In this document: positions 1 through 11,700 of the stretch, piece after piece
Position numbering within the stretch: position 1 is the stretch's first letter
Layout of the letters: each line of letters opens with the position of its first letter
NCBI GenBank assembly: GCA_024626585.2
Contig: JANKJI020000002.1
Coordinates: 244,491,386 to 244,523,280, forward strand
Direction of reading: 5' to 3'
From: Ginkgo biloba
Taxonomy: Eukaryota; Plantae; Ginkgophyta
Length of the DNA stretch: 31,895 nt
The notes under the pieces: model-generated
What the model was told of the DNA's origin: nothing
Databases searched by the model: none
What the model saw: only the letters and a program-made list of their open reading frames with translations
Program-made: the position numbers and the translations under genes

Positions 1-470
1 TTATCCCCTTCATCTCTTATCCTTATGCTTAAGCTTCCACTTGACTCTTGTCATTTTGTGCTTTCAAAGGTTGGAATCACATCTTACCTTCAACACTTGA
101 TTTGTTAACTTGTCGCAATTTTTGTGTTCATACTCAAGTTGGGCACGACTATTTAGCATCTACTTTGCCTAAGTTACACTCAACTTCCCTATGTAACCTC
201 TCCATGCTCAATAATGACAACAAACTATACGATGATTAACATCATCAAATTCATAATTTTTCGTTACATGATTGGTTTTGGTGTACTATTTATTGCACAA
301 ATGGGTACTCTTAAAGTGTTTGGTACATTAATGGTTGGGCCCTAATAGAGTACACAATCACACACTCCTTTAGAATATTGTATTCAACATTTAGCAAATG
401 GTTCCATTCATTCAACACATTTCCCACATTATACCTTTTAACCCCTCATCTTTCTCTTCAAGGGGGATAG

Positions 471-720
471 TGTAAGACCACCACCTCACATTGTTGACAT
501 AGTTGCAGAACATGTCAAGGTAGTGAATTGAAAAGCACACAATTATCAAGGGCAACTATAATACTTTGTTATTTATTGTCAAATGGAATATTCATCAAGA
601 GGACTTTCAAATCCTTTTCTTCTTGCATGTGCCTTCTATCATGAGAACATCACAATATTTTTGTGAATTATTAATTTATGACAATTTTAAGTATTTTTGA
701 AATCCTAGAGGGTCACTACA
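471..720 (+). mobile_element. Short LTR-like segment (TG...CA) preceded by a PPT-like tract and followed by a tRNA-Met PBS
   Basis: Starts TGTAAGACC and ends GGGTCACTACA (imperfect inverted termini). AAGGGGGATAG at 460-470 directly upstream. TGGTGTTAGAGCC at 723-735 matches the iMet PBS TGGTATCAGAGCC at 11/13. Confidence 0.55.
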
Positions 721-1549
721 AGTGGTGTTAGAGCCTTTGCAACACTATGCCTTTGAAACTCAAAAAGGCACTTCTATTGCTCAAAGATAATATAAAAATT
801 GAAGAAAGAAAATAAACATTAAAGGTAGTGTATCAATGCCACATGGCTCTATTAAGATGGCAAATCTTGTTTAAAAACGGACCATGACTACACAAGAGGC
901 ATCCTAACTAGTACATGTGCATGTTTTAGTTCATTCAGGTATCTCTCTTTTAATTATCCCAAATAGAAATAACAAGTTATTCATGTAGGGACTACATTAT
1001 GAAGGTAATATAAACCAACTTTAACAAAATGGACTACCTTACTAGACGAAGGGAGTTAATCATGATACAATTCATGTATTGAGAATCTATAACCACAAGA
1101 AGCCCTAGAGGATGGAGTGTGTATTTCTATAATATAGGTAAAATAGGACTATCCATNNNNNNNNNNNNNNNNNNNNNNNNNNNNNACATGTTGAGGTTTG
1201 TCTTTGTTTCAGAAAATTTGTACCCTTGGACTTACCTATTTCATTTACCTACATAATCATTTAAAGCAAGAAACTTTAGTAAAAGAACAAGCATAAGCAA
1301 AACCTCATTAAGCATATCTACATTTGCAAAATTGCAATAGGCATCAATCAAGAAACAATCAAAGTGCATCAAGTGTACAAGGAATATCACAAATTCCAAA
1401 TAGGCAACAAGTTATGAATGCACTTGCCTAGGGTGGCTTTTGAGGCAAAGATCTATAAATNNNNNNNNNNNNNNNNNNNNNNNNNNNNNNNNNNNNNNNN
1501 NNNNNNNNNNNNNNNNNNNNNNNNNNNNNNGATACCTCCATACTTAAAA

Positions 1550-2320
1550 GTCATTACCTCATACTTAAGATCGATAAGCTCAAATCATAAGAAATGAGGC
1601 AGACCTCAACACCTTGATGGCATGAAGTCTAAATGCTAAGAAAAACAAAAGGAATTGCAAGGAAGGTAAACCTCTTTCAAATCAAAAGGTAAGAGTGCCA
1701 TCTATATTGGACCAAGTAGCTCACTGCCAATAATTTGCAGTGGGATTTTTATCATCTACAAGGAAACCAAATCAGGTCATTGTGTTCATAGTGAAAAGAT
1801 GTAATGNNNNNNNNNNACTAGAAGATTGCCCCCTATGGGGAAGAGAAAGTGCCATGCATTAAGTCAATAGTAATTGCCTCATATGAGAGAAACAAGACAT
1901 TACATGAATACTTTTTGTTGTTAGAGAAACCCTAGAGAAAGTATGTCAGAACTAAAAGCACTAGTAGATGAGAGAATTATCACCATCAATTCATTTATGG
2001 GTTTACCAGAATTTCAATTACTTCTTGCCCCATTCATTGGACAAGGATATTTGGGTGTGTTAAATGATGTGGATAGCCATCTGTTCATGATTGTTTGAAG
2101 GGGAAAAAAATGATAGAGTGAATTAATTAGAATAGATATAGAATGTAATCAGGTTATGAACACAGTGCACTAGTAAGATGTGGAGATGAGGATAATTTAC
2201 AGGTTCAGAATGCACATTGGAATCTGCACTTTACGAAAAAGGACTTTGAACCATCATTCAATGCAAATGTGAACAATATATGTATTACTCCATTGACTTG
2301 TGTAGATATGGCTCTCAATG
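1550..2320 (+). mobile_element. Highly decayed Ty3/Gypsy gag-protease remnant
   Basis: Lies downstream of the PBS at 723. Knuckle-like HCVHSEK...EDCP around 1775-1835; protease-like LKALVD at 1952-1969; later ICITPLTCVDMAL resembling the xPLxGxDVVLG end of retroviral-type proteases. Many stops and frameshifts. Confidence 0.45.
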
Positions 2321-3773
2321 TAAACTTGAACTGATGAAATAGGACAATGAACTTCATGGATTACACAATATAAAACCTCCGAGCATAGCATACATCATTG
2401 TTTCCATGTACAAATATTAAGGGAACTTAACGAGGGAATTGTGTAGAAGGCTTAGGCTTGAGCACACTCGAAATAATAAGTAGACGCATTTGGTCACAGC
2501 ATATAAGGTAAAATATGGTGCTTTTAATGTTGAAATAGAAAACAATCAAGACACCCATAAAGTTCAAACAATCATATTCATTATAATGCATTCCAAAAAA
2601 ANNNNNNNNNNNNNNNNNNNNNNNNNNNNNNNNNNNNNNNNNNNNNNNNNNNNNNNNNNNNNNNNNNNNNNNNNNNNNNNNNNNNNNNNNNNNNNNNNNN
2701 NNAGGTGCTCATAATAGAATGGGAAGCCATACACCACTCATGAAAGCATGTAAGCTTGTCCATGCAACTAAAGTCCACAATAGTCTAACTAAGGGACTTA
2801 TCTATGTAAGGAGCCTATGTGCACCAATAAGACTATGCCACATAATAGGAGAAACCAATGGTGGAGAAAAATCCTATTAGATAATAAATAAAAATGGAAT
2901 TAATCATCATAAGGGATTCCCTTTGGTTATAGACCTCTATGGATTAGATCTCCATGGGACTAAATGTTAGGCCCCTATTATGTCCCTATGATGCATCAAT
3001 TTCCCCCTCTTGGATAGCAATGGATCCCATTGCTTGATCTAATATATGGTTTTACATTGATGGATTAGACATAAAAATTATAGCCAAAACTAAAGCTAAA
3101 GGAGTAGGTAATTTCTTAGGTACAAAATGTGCATCATCCTTGTGCACATTACATTACTTAAAATAATATAATGATGGAAGATGAGAGAAGTATAATAAGA
3201 ATAAATAATAAGAATTTGAACCCAATGGATTTGATGTTAATGCCAATGTATAGATATGAAATTGAGCCATAAGGCTCATAAGCTCAACTATAATGCATTG
3301 GATCTCCCTTTATTCTTTCTTTATCTCAATCAATATCAATTTAATTTGGTCTATTCATGCCTTTCTCATAGGCACTAAGATGACTCAACTCATCACATTC
3401 AACTTTAGAAGGTATCCTAACTATAAATTGCTAAAAAAGTGAAGCATGAGTCTTAATTGATACAACTGATCAGGTGGAGTCCATAACTTGACAACTCTCA
3501 CAAAAATATAAGCAATAATAAACATGCTCATATCAAGAAACATGCTCATATCGAGATAAATCCATTATTTACAATCAATTGAACAACTTACATAGGTAGA
3601 GGATTTTAATGAATTAAGATCGAAGTAGAAATTTGGCCTCTACTACAAATTTTGGCTTTCATATGAGTCTTGGGTCATACAAAATCGAGTGTTATGCCTT
3701 ATCTTAAGCACTAGAATCTTCTCATTAGGTGTTGTGCTTTCTCTTACTTGAGTGGCATGACTTTTCCTCGTCA

Positions 3774-3779
3774 TTTATT
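3774..3779 (-). promoter_or_regulatory. Candidate polyadenylation signal (AATAAA) in the last UTR exon
   Basis: AATAAA on the minus strand about 65 nt into the putative last exon; U-rich tracts further downstream near 3500-3570. The hexamer is common in AT-rich DNA. Confidence 0.25.
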
Positions 3780-3842
3780 ATCTCGCAGATGTGTACCTTG
3801 ACATGTGCGACTTCACTACTTGATTTATGATAGAATCTAAAC

Positions 3843-4249
3843 CTGCATATATACAAATACGGTAACAAACTAGATTCTAAAGAAATATTTAGAAATGCAT
3901 AGGCAGATTAGGAAGTGATTTTATAGCAAAACAATGTTTGAACCTTGCTGACCTTAATATAAAAACACTAGTCAACAGTAAACTACCCGGGGCCAAATTC
4001 AAACCTCAGGAGTTGCATTAACTAGAGATTATAGAAGCCATTAAAATGCATGCCAAGGTTATCATCACCAAGTGAATAATAACACTGGAAGCAAAATGGG
4101 AAATTAGTAGGGTAAATAACATTAACTTATATATACAAATGGAGACTCCAGAATAGGAGCCAAACTGTTCCCCCATGTGACAAGCAGTACCAAAACAACC
4201 TCAGATCACTCAAACTGTATCTTTATGTTCAGCAAAGCTCTAGACTCAC
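3843..4249 (-). other. Probable 3'UTR intron of the SYP71-like gene (407 bp)
   Basis: Consensus donor CTG|GTGAGT 34 nt after the stop codon; acceptor ttgtatatatgcAG|GT at 3844-3843; interior T-rich on the minus strand. No transcript evidence available. Confidence 0.55.
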
Positions 4250-4283
4250 CAGTATTAAACACTACTTTATACACCTTCCTCTC

Positions 4284-4299
4284 TTATTTCTTTAACACA
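4284..4299 (-). CDS. SYP71: Terminal coding exon of the SYP71-like syntaxin, (N)VLKK-stop
   Basis: Strong acceptor tttttttgttgcAG| followed by T GTG TTA AAG AAA TAA. This fits the plant SYP7 C-terminus ...AAYLYN-VLKK* with a phase-2 split of the Asn codon. Same strand as, and downstream of, the two internal exons. It is short, so linkage to those exons is inferred. Confidence 0.75.
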
Positions 4300-4999
4300 C
4301 TGCAACAAAAAAAAGCCAGTGTTACTTTCCTCCAAAGAATAAGCAAGTGCATGGGTTAATTTCAAAAATTTTGCTTCTTGCAGCCAAAAAAGCCAGCTTT
4401 ACTCAGTGCTATATAGATTACCACATATATTAAAGAACAGGGGAGCATGATTTAACAAAACATAGCAGTCTGCCTTCTGAAACATACTACAAAACTTTCA
4501 GGATTCATCAAAAACCTGCATTGCCCTGCAAGTCTGGCAATCCATAAGTTTACAAATTAATAGTAAGTCCAGCATGTTACAAGGGTATAGGTAAAGGGGC
4601 AAATTAGGACAAGGAAATGAGCACAAATACAANNNNNNNNNNNNNNNNNGATACAGCGGGGTTTTGAAACCATTATGGATACTAGAAAGACAAAATTAAA
4701 CATGCACATAAATGATAAAGTACTAGAAACTTCAAAAACTTTGAAAGGCTGAGCATAGTGATTGTGCATTCGTAGTTCAATGTATATTAAGAAGTGAAAA
4801 CTACCACAAACCCATTGCAAATAATTGCCACTGTGACATTCTAATATTTTGGAATAATTGCCCCATTTGATTGTCTTTAGTGCATTCTTTCTTCTGGAGT
4901 TCAAGTTGGGTGGTTTCTGCTCTTAGTTTTTTCAATTTGGTCATTCACAACATTCAAGCTTTCCAGTGTTTGGTTAACTTCCTAGCTGAATGGGGCCAA

Positions 5000-5500
5000 A
5001 CCTGGTGGAGAGTTATTGTATACCCAGCCTCCTTCAAGACAATAAGGTTAGTCCGTGTTCATCTGTTATTCAAAATCCATAGCCAAGTGTCTAACTTGCT
5101 CATAGTTCTCCATTGGGCATTGTTGAATTTTGTCCTCGACTCCTCGTAAGGTAGTAGTAACCCATCAACGAAGTAGCTTAGCATATGAATTGACATCATG
5201 GCATTGCATGTGTCCACTTTAGATGCTAATATCTGTCACCTTCCATCATAAGATCAGACAGTCTCTCCATGTCGTTGTCTAACTTCTTTTAAAGCTTTCA
5301 TAATGGATGTTGGATCTCACAAGGTTTGAAGTTCATCCAGCAACAATTCATAGATTACAACCCACAAATGATGGTGTACACATTGGAACCATGGCATGGC
5401 AGGACCTTGAAAAGAAGAATCATCATAATTTCTTCTTTGTTGGTTAAGTGGTGAAGGGAAGTACTGTTGACGAATAAGTCCAAGGGATCAAACGGCCATT
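5000..5500 (-). mobile_element. Ty3/Gypsy gag (Retrotrans_gag-like) remnant in the SYP71 intron
   Basis: Minus-strand fragments FQGPAMPWFQ and LLDELQTL*DPTSIMKALKEVRQRHGETV*SYDGR resemble the LxGxAxxWF and LxQxxGESVxxYxxRF gag motifs; interrupted by stops. Confidence 0.6.
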
Positions 5501-6373
5501 GTGGCCATCATTAAATTAGATGGGATAGTGAGTTATTCATGTGGATAATGACTGGTGGCACTCCTGTAGGGTCCCAAATGGGAAACTACTAAATAATTTA
5601 GATAAACTAACAATTCACAAATAAAGAAATAATATATATAATCCAACAAGAACAATATCAAGTCGCAATGCAATCACAAATACTCAAAATATCAAGATAA
5701 TCACAAATATCAAGTTGCAATGATAATGTCAAAATAATCAAGTAGTAGTCATAAGTTATAACTAGAGATTTCTAGGGCACTTGCTACCAAGAGAGAGGAG
5801 GGGTATAGGGCACCTACTACCTACAATAGAACTCTAAATTGGGAGCACCTACTTGCCAAAGTAGAATGGGTTTTCTCAAACAGAGAGNNNNNNNNNNNNN
5901 NNNNNNNNNNNNNNNNNNNNNNNNNNNNNNNNNNNNNNNNNNNNNNNNNNNNNNNNNNNNNNNNNNNNNNNNNNNNNNNNNNNNNNNTTCTTGTAAAGAA
6001 AACATAAAATTTGGTCCAAACAACTGTCTTTCTTGCCTTGACAAAAATTTCTTGACAAATTTCCTTTTTCCACAATTGAGATGTTTGGGATTTTTAACAT
6101 TATTATTGTTCTTGGGTCTATTTAGAAATTTCCCTTGAAAAAACTAATTAAACTAGTATTTTCCATTATCGTTTGGCTGAATTTTCTTGTCATTTACCCC
6201 TTCGGGCCAAAATCCTAACCGAGTGGCCAATTTCTTTTCTTTTTGTGGCTTTCGATATATGGAAAGTCTTTCGCACAATATTGCATAATATGGTTAAAAT
6301 TCTTTCACCCCGTAATTCAATGGGAAGTCTTGGGATTGTCACCCAAACTAGTACTCAACAAAACCCTTTTCTA

Positions 6374-6783
6374 CTAGATCAAACATTGGAGCCCACTTTT
6401 CCAAAATAAGACAAAATTCTTAGAAAAGCATGGCCCATATTCTAGAATCTCAGTACAATCCTCTTCATTTGCAAATTCAAAGAGGAGAAAACTTTTTGCA
6501 AGAAGAGAAATGTCCACCCTACTTTTGAGACAATTCCCTTTGATTCTCTTTGTCCAAAGCACAATATCCTTTAAAACGCCCCTTTAAGACCACTAAATCT
6601 TCCAACATGAACACATTGTCTAAGCTTGACATAATTGTCCTTTAAAAGATCAAGAGGAATTATTTCTTTACCAAGGATTTTCCTTTTGAGATAGTGAGAA
6701 TTAGTGAGAGCTTCATGTTCTAGTGATTCTCTTCCACTCTTTTTTAATCTTCTAGCTGCAATGTCCTTTACTATGTTTTGCAC
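6374..6783 (-). mobile_element. L1-type LINE ORF1 fragment (DUF4283-like), frameshifted
   Basis: Adjacent ORFs 6571-6783 (...CVHVGRFSG) and 6374-6562 (VDISLLAKSFLLFEFANEEDCTEILEYGPCF) match the plant LINE ORF1 pattern LxGRF...V.I..L..GFFLF.F...ED...VL..GPW.F. Confidence 0.75.
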
Positions 6784-7489
6784 ATTTTCAACAATGCTTA
6801 GAGAACTCTTATCTTCCCTAAACGAACTTCCCAGTACTTGAGGGCAAGAGCTAAAGGGCAGGCTTGTCCTATGTCATCCATGGGAGATGGATTTGAGAGA
6901 GAGAAAAAGTAGGCTTTGAAAAATTCTTGCCCAAGACAAAAACAAGGGTTCCAGAAGCTCTTGAGATGAAAAATAACTTCTCATTGGGATTAGATAGAAA
7001 CATAGACACTAGGAAAAAAGAGGGAGACATAAAAACGGGGAGAGATAATAGACCAAACTAGAAACCAAAGGAAAAGAGTTTTAAGACTATTGGAAAGACT
7101 TAACTAAATTATAAGGATATAAGAAAAGAAAAACAAACGATTAATAAGGGTCAAGAATCCTAAGACACAATGGCCAATACAAGTGGATGAAGAAACTCGG
7201 ATAGGGGTTCAATCCCTCTCTGAGAAAAATCCTTTTTGACCTTATAGCAACACGCATCTCAAAGCAATGAAATGCGTGTGTTATGAGGATATGACATGCG
7301 GAGAGGCGGGATAGACACCAGATGCANNNNNNNNNNNNNNNNNNNNNNNNNNNNNNNNNNNNNNNNNNNNNNNNNNNNNNNNNNNNNNNNNNNNNNNNNN
7401 NNNNNNNNNNNNNNNNNNNNNNNNNNTTGTGCCCCTGATTCATCTTGCTCTTATATCCTACGGGCCACGACATGTCCCATCTTCCTGAG

Positions 7490-8760
7490 TTAGCTCTTCA
7501 CTTTGTAGAAATAAGCAAGATCATATAAAATTTTCATACTCCTCCATTTGCCAATGTAGCAAACCACCGAGTAGGCATCATCTTCAAAACAAGGATCCAA
7601 GATCAACATACCATCTCCATAAGGTTTTGGTACCTCATCTCCACTTTCATGTTCCAAATTGCCCAAACATTCTATATCCATATCAAAATCCAAACCGGAT
7701 GAGACAAGTTCCTCACTGACTATGTTTTGAATTAGATCAATGCAAATCCCTCCTTGTCTCTCCTTATTGCCAAGGTATTCCTCCCCCAATGTTGCATTAC
7801 ATGAGCATCTCTCAGCTAGGAATGCCCAAGTAGTGCAACGTACACAACTACCCTTGAGGTCATAGGTATGACCACAAAGTTACTTTGAAAGGTTTGATTA
7901 GCAATCTAAACTTCTTACATCATTAGCAATCCTTGACGATTACTTGGCTCTGATCTGCCATTCACAATTGNNNNNNNNNNAACCGAGGTGGCCAAAGAGC
8001 TAGTTTGACTAATTGTTGCGAAACATCTTCGAAAATAATATTGAGATCCCCCATCAATAATAGTATGGCGCAGCTTCTTGTCCAGGAGAAGGATGGTGAT
8101 GGCTATAGCTTGATCTGGATCATGATTAATTTTGTAGAAAGACGCTTGTTGTACATTATCAACACAAATATCATATTAAATGGGTTTTCCAGTTTCCATG
8201 CATTCTATGACAATTGAAGCATTAGCAATTGATGCAAATGACAANNNNNNNNNNNNNNNNNNNNNNNNNTAGGACCCCAAGTCGATCTTATTAGATCATG
8301 GCTTGAGCTATATTCGGAATAGGCAAGATTAATGCGGCCACTTTAATAGGCATCTCTAACTAGAAAAGTTGTTTGGAAAGTTGAGATATCGTATCATCTT
8401 AAATGAAAGGATGTGGTTCCTTCCCGCCTTTAACAAATACTTCATTTTTTAGCAATAACAACGACAGAGATCTCTCCTTGTGTTGTAGCTTGCCAATCAA
8501 TTCCCTTGCCATCTTCGATTCCTTCTTCTCTTCTTCAAGATTTGGATAGTTCTTCTTAGTCATACTTCATCTTTCTACTTTGAAAGTAGGTATATCATCT
8601 AAGTAATCCTCCTAGATCAATTTAAACCCTTTCAATTTGAGGCACATTTCACTAGAATGATCTTTGAGACCACATTCACAACATATCATTAGCCTTCTCG
8701 AAGGTTCCATAAAAGCTTTGCAAAAACTACCCCATTTGGAATAATGGCAGTGCTAGACAA
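7490..8760 (-). mobile_element. Ty3/Gypsy gag knuckle plus aspartic protease remnant (non-chromoviral type)
   Basis: DICECGLKDHSSEMC knuckle-like sequence near 8640-8690; protease TIIDGGS (IIDGGS at 8044-8061); ALLGHS*LRDAHVMQHWG near 7785-7840, resembling LLGRPWLRDAxVxHDW. ORF 7490-7789 is the following linker. Confidence 0.75.
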
Positions 8761-11700
8761 TGGGTAGACCAATCAAATCAACTATAATGGTGGCCCTCGA
8801 TTTGGTCGAAAGTTATGGTAGTTTTTGTTATGAGGAGTCTCCTATCAATGGATACCATCATGTTAGTTGGATGCACTTCTTCATCATTAGCTATATAAGC
8901 GCAAGCATTTTGGGTCTGACTGGAGTTCTTTGCATTATATGTGAATCCATCCANNNNNNNNNNNNNNNNNNNNNNNNNNNNNNNNNNNNNNNNNNNNNNN
9001 NNNNNNNNNNNNNNNNNNNNNNNNNNNNNNNNNNNNNNNNNNNNNNNNNNNNNAAATTTATCTCGATATATTATCATATAATATTGAATATTATTAAGTA
9101 TTTTATTTTTTTATTATTTATATATTATTTTCTTGTTTATGAGCTAGGTGGCCAGATGGGAATGTAATTGTTTTAAAACAACTCGAGGCTACTTACACAG
9201 AATTTTCTTAGGAAATATCTATGCAACATGGAACTATAAAATGAATTAATCAAGGATTGGGACCTCTTAAGTTGTAAAAGATGACAAGCTATTGTGTAAT
9301 TTAAAGGGAAAAAAGGGCATAGGGAAGTTTATATAGAAAATACACATTAAAAATATAAAATCATTTAGAAAAGAGCTTGAAAGTTCTACAAAATTTTGCA
9401 ATATTTGCATGCCTACTTTCTAAGGCATTAATTGAATTTATTAGACATTTTAAAGAAAATAAATTAACAAATCCATTCAGATTTAGTTATTGTGGTATAG
9501 TTTATTATTCCTTTATTTTATTAATAGTAAATTTAATGTGAAGTGCATACAAATAAATATATAATGGTCCATATTTATTAAAATATATTATAAATCTCAT
9601 CCATTAATGATATCATCTATTTACAAATGAAAAGAAGATAAGATGAGATTGACCTCAAATAGCATATTAAAAACCATTATGTAAATATATTTTAAAAAAA
9701 CTTTTCCATTCGACCAACAACTTAATGCAAAAATAATATATAAATCATCAAAAATGTAAATTATTTAATAATAATTAACATCTCGCAATAATACATCAAG
9801 AGGACTATGGTTAGGTCATCCATATATATCCACAATAAATGCATTCAGAACTCAATAGAAATTACCTGGTGGCAATTATTGGCCATGGTAAGGACTAGTT
9901 CTCTCTAATTTATAACCTTTTTCTCACTCAAAGGTCAAATGGCATGTCTTTACATATGAATTGACACATCTTTCTAGGCATCATTTCTTATACCCCAATA
10001 AATGTTCCATTGAATGTGTTAATTAGCTACACCTAGTCTTCATTATTTACTAATCTTTGTTGATGTCCATTCATGTCTATACAGACTATTGTACGAACTG
10101 TATCACAATTTGCATAGACTATACAGACATTTGTACTATTGAAATCTTACCTGTAATCTTTTCATTGAACAATGGGTTCTTCATTGACCAATTCGAATCT
10201 ACTTCGAAGCCTTTCATTGATCGTTGGAGTCTCTATTGACCTATTGAAATCTCTATTACCAACAAAATTTTCTATGATGTTAAATGCTAGATATGATGAA
10301 CGTAAATGCTAAACACCAAGCGATAGGAGAAAATGCCACACCATTATCAATGCCAATGCAAACTGTGAGTTATTAATGCCCAATGCCCAATTGTGGTTAT
10401 TAAAATGGATAATGTTGCAACAGCTTAGCTTAGGAAATGTTGTAGTGGCTTAGTTCAAAAAAATGGGGTAGTGATCACTAATGTCAAAATGTATGGGATA
10501 GAAAAATTAACCAAATGTATTAGAAAATTCCACACCATGATGTAAAGTCCAAACACCCAATGATAAACGCCAAGACAACAAACGCCAAGATGACAAACAA
10601 GAGGGCATGTTGCAAATGATTGATTAGGACCCAAACCACTAGACTTCCTACATCTATCAAGCTAACACTGATAATGTGAAGGAGATGGAGATAGTGGAGT
10701 AGGCTAACTGGATTAAACAACCACTAACTCACAAATGGTGATGGGTGTTGTTCGAAGGCAACATCCACTATGTCGAACCCCTTACAAATATGCATCATTT
10801 GGGGGAGAAAGAACATGAGCTTGATGAGGATCGAGAGGAGTTGGCATAGGTGACCGAGTTTGGGCAATAGTATGCAACCTAGATTTAACAGTTGCAAATG
10901 AAACTGACCACCCTTTAGGGGAACTAACAAATTTGGTTGGTTGCAAAATGTCAATAGTGATGGGAGAAACAACAACTCGTCTAGGAGGCAAATGATGATG
11001 ATGGTAGGTAAAACAACAATAAATTCAGGAGCACTAATTGACCAATTTACGAGCAACATTAGATGTAGAGAGATAGCACCTTCTAGCAAATCATCAACTT
11101 TCGAGGATGGAATAAAATTGCCTAAAGAGCAATGTGAGAGAGTAAAGAAGCTGCCTAATTAGAAAAGGAACTAGCCANNNNNNNNNNNNNNNNNNNNNNC
11201 TAGAAGTAAGGCCTTCTCGACCTTCACCGATGGAGACCATTACACGAGATTCAACTTCAATGATAGATATTATGGCTTACTCATCAACATCACCTCTTCT
11301 ATTCCTCCTCTTGCTTTAGTTGTTTGCTTGAGCAAGACATTCAAGTTCAAGGGAAGGAATAGATGTTAGTAGCTATTTTGTGTGTGGTTCACCTCGACAT
11401 TTTGTATATAATTCAGGAGCANNNNNNNNNNNNNNNNNNNNNNNNNNNNNNNNNNNNNNNNNNNNNNNNNNNNNNNNNNNNNNNNNNNNNNNNNNNNNNN
11501 NNNNNNNNNNNNNNNNNNNNNAATAAAATCTGAAACTCCCAGAAGAGTACAAAATATAATCAACCTATCCTATCGCACTTCCAACTATACAACTATTCAT
11601 TAAAAAAAAATAAAAAAACTACAAAGTAGCCCTATGACTACTTTATAATTATTAGGCCATAATAGAATTTATTTACATATAACCAAATACTAATAACAAT

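Noticed and set aside
3520-3555. 18-bp tandem duplication AAACATGCTCATATC(A/G)AG, two copies
   Set aside because: Real but ordinary local slippage, with no functional evidence.
3797-3842. Possible coding micro-exon GLDSIINQVVKSHMSR of another gene
   Set aside because: No recognisable homology or partner exons; better explained as the start of the SYP71-like 3'UTR exon.
5650-5745. Degenerate AATATCAAG / AATCACAAAT repeats
   Set aside because: Low-complexity repeats typical of a retrotransposon leader upstream of the minus-strand gag.
7490-7789. ORF with bits resembling the missing SYP71 exons (ICIDLI, GLD..., LAYFYKVKS*)
   Set aside because: The order is wrong, identity is low, proper splice sites are lacking, and it directly continues a Gypsy protease remnant. 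Treated as coincidence.
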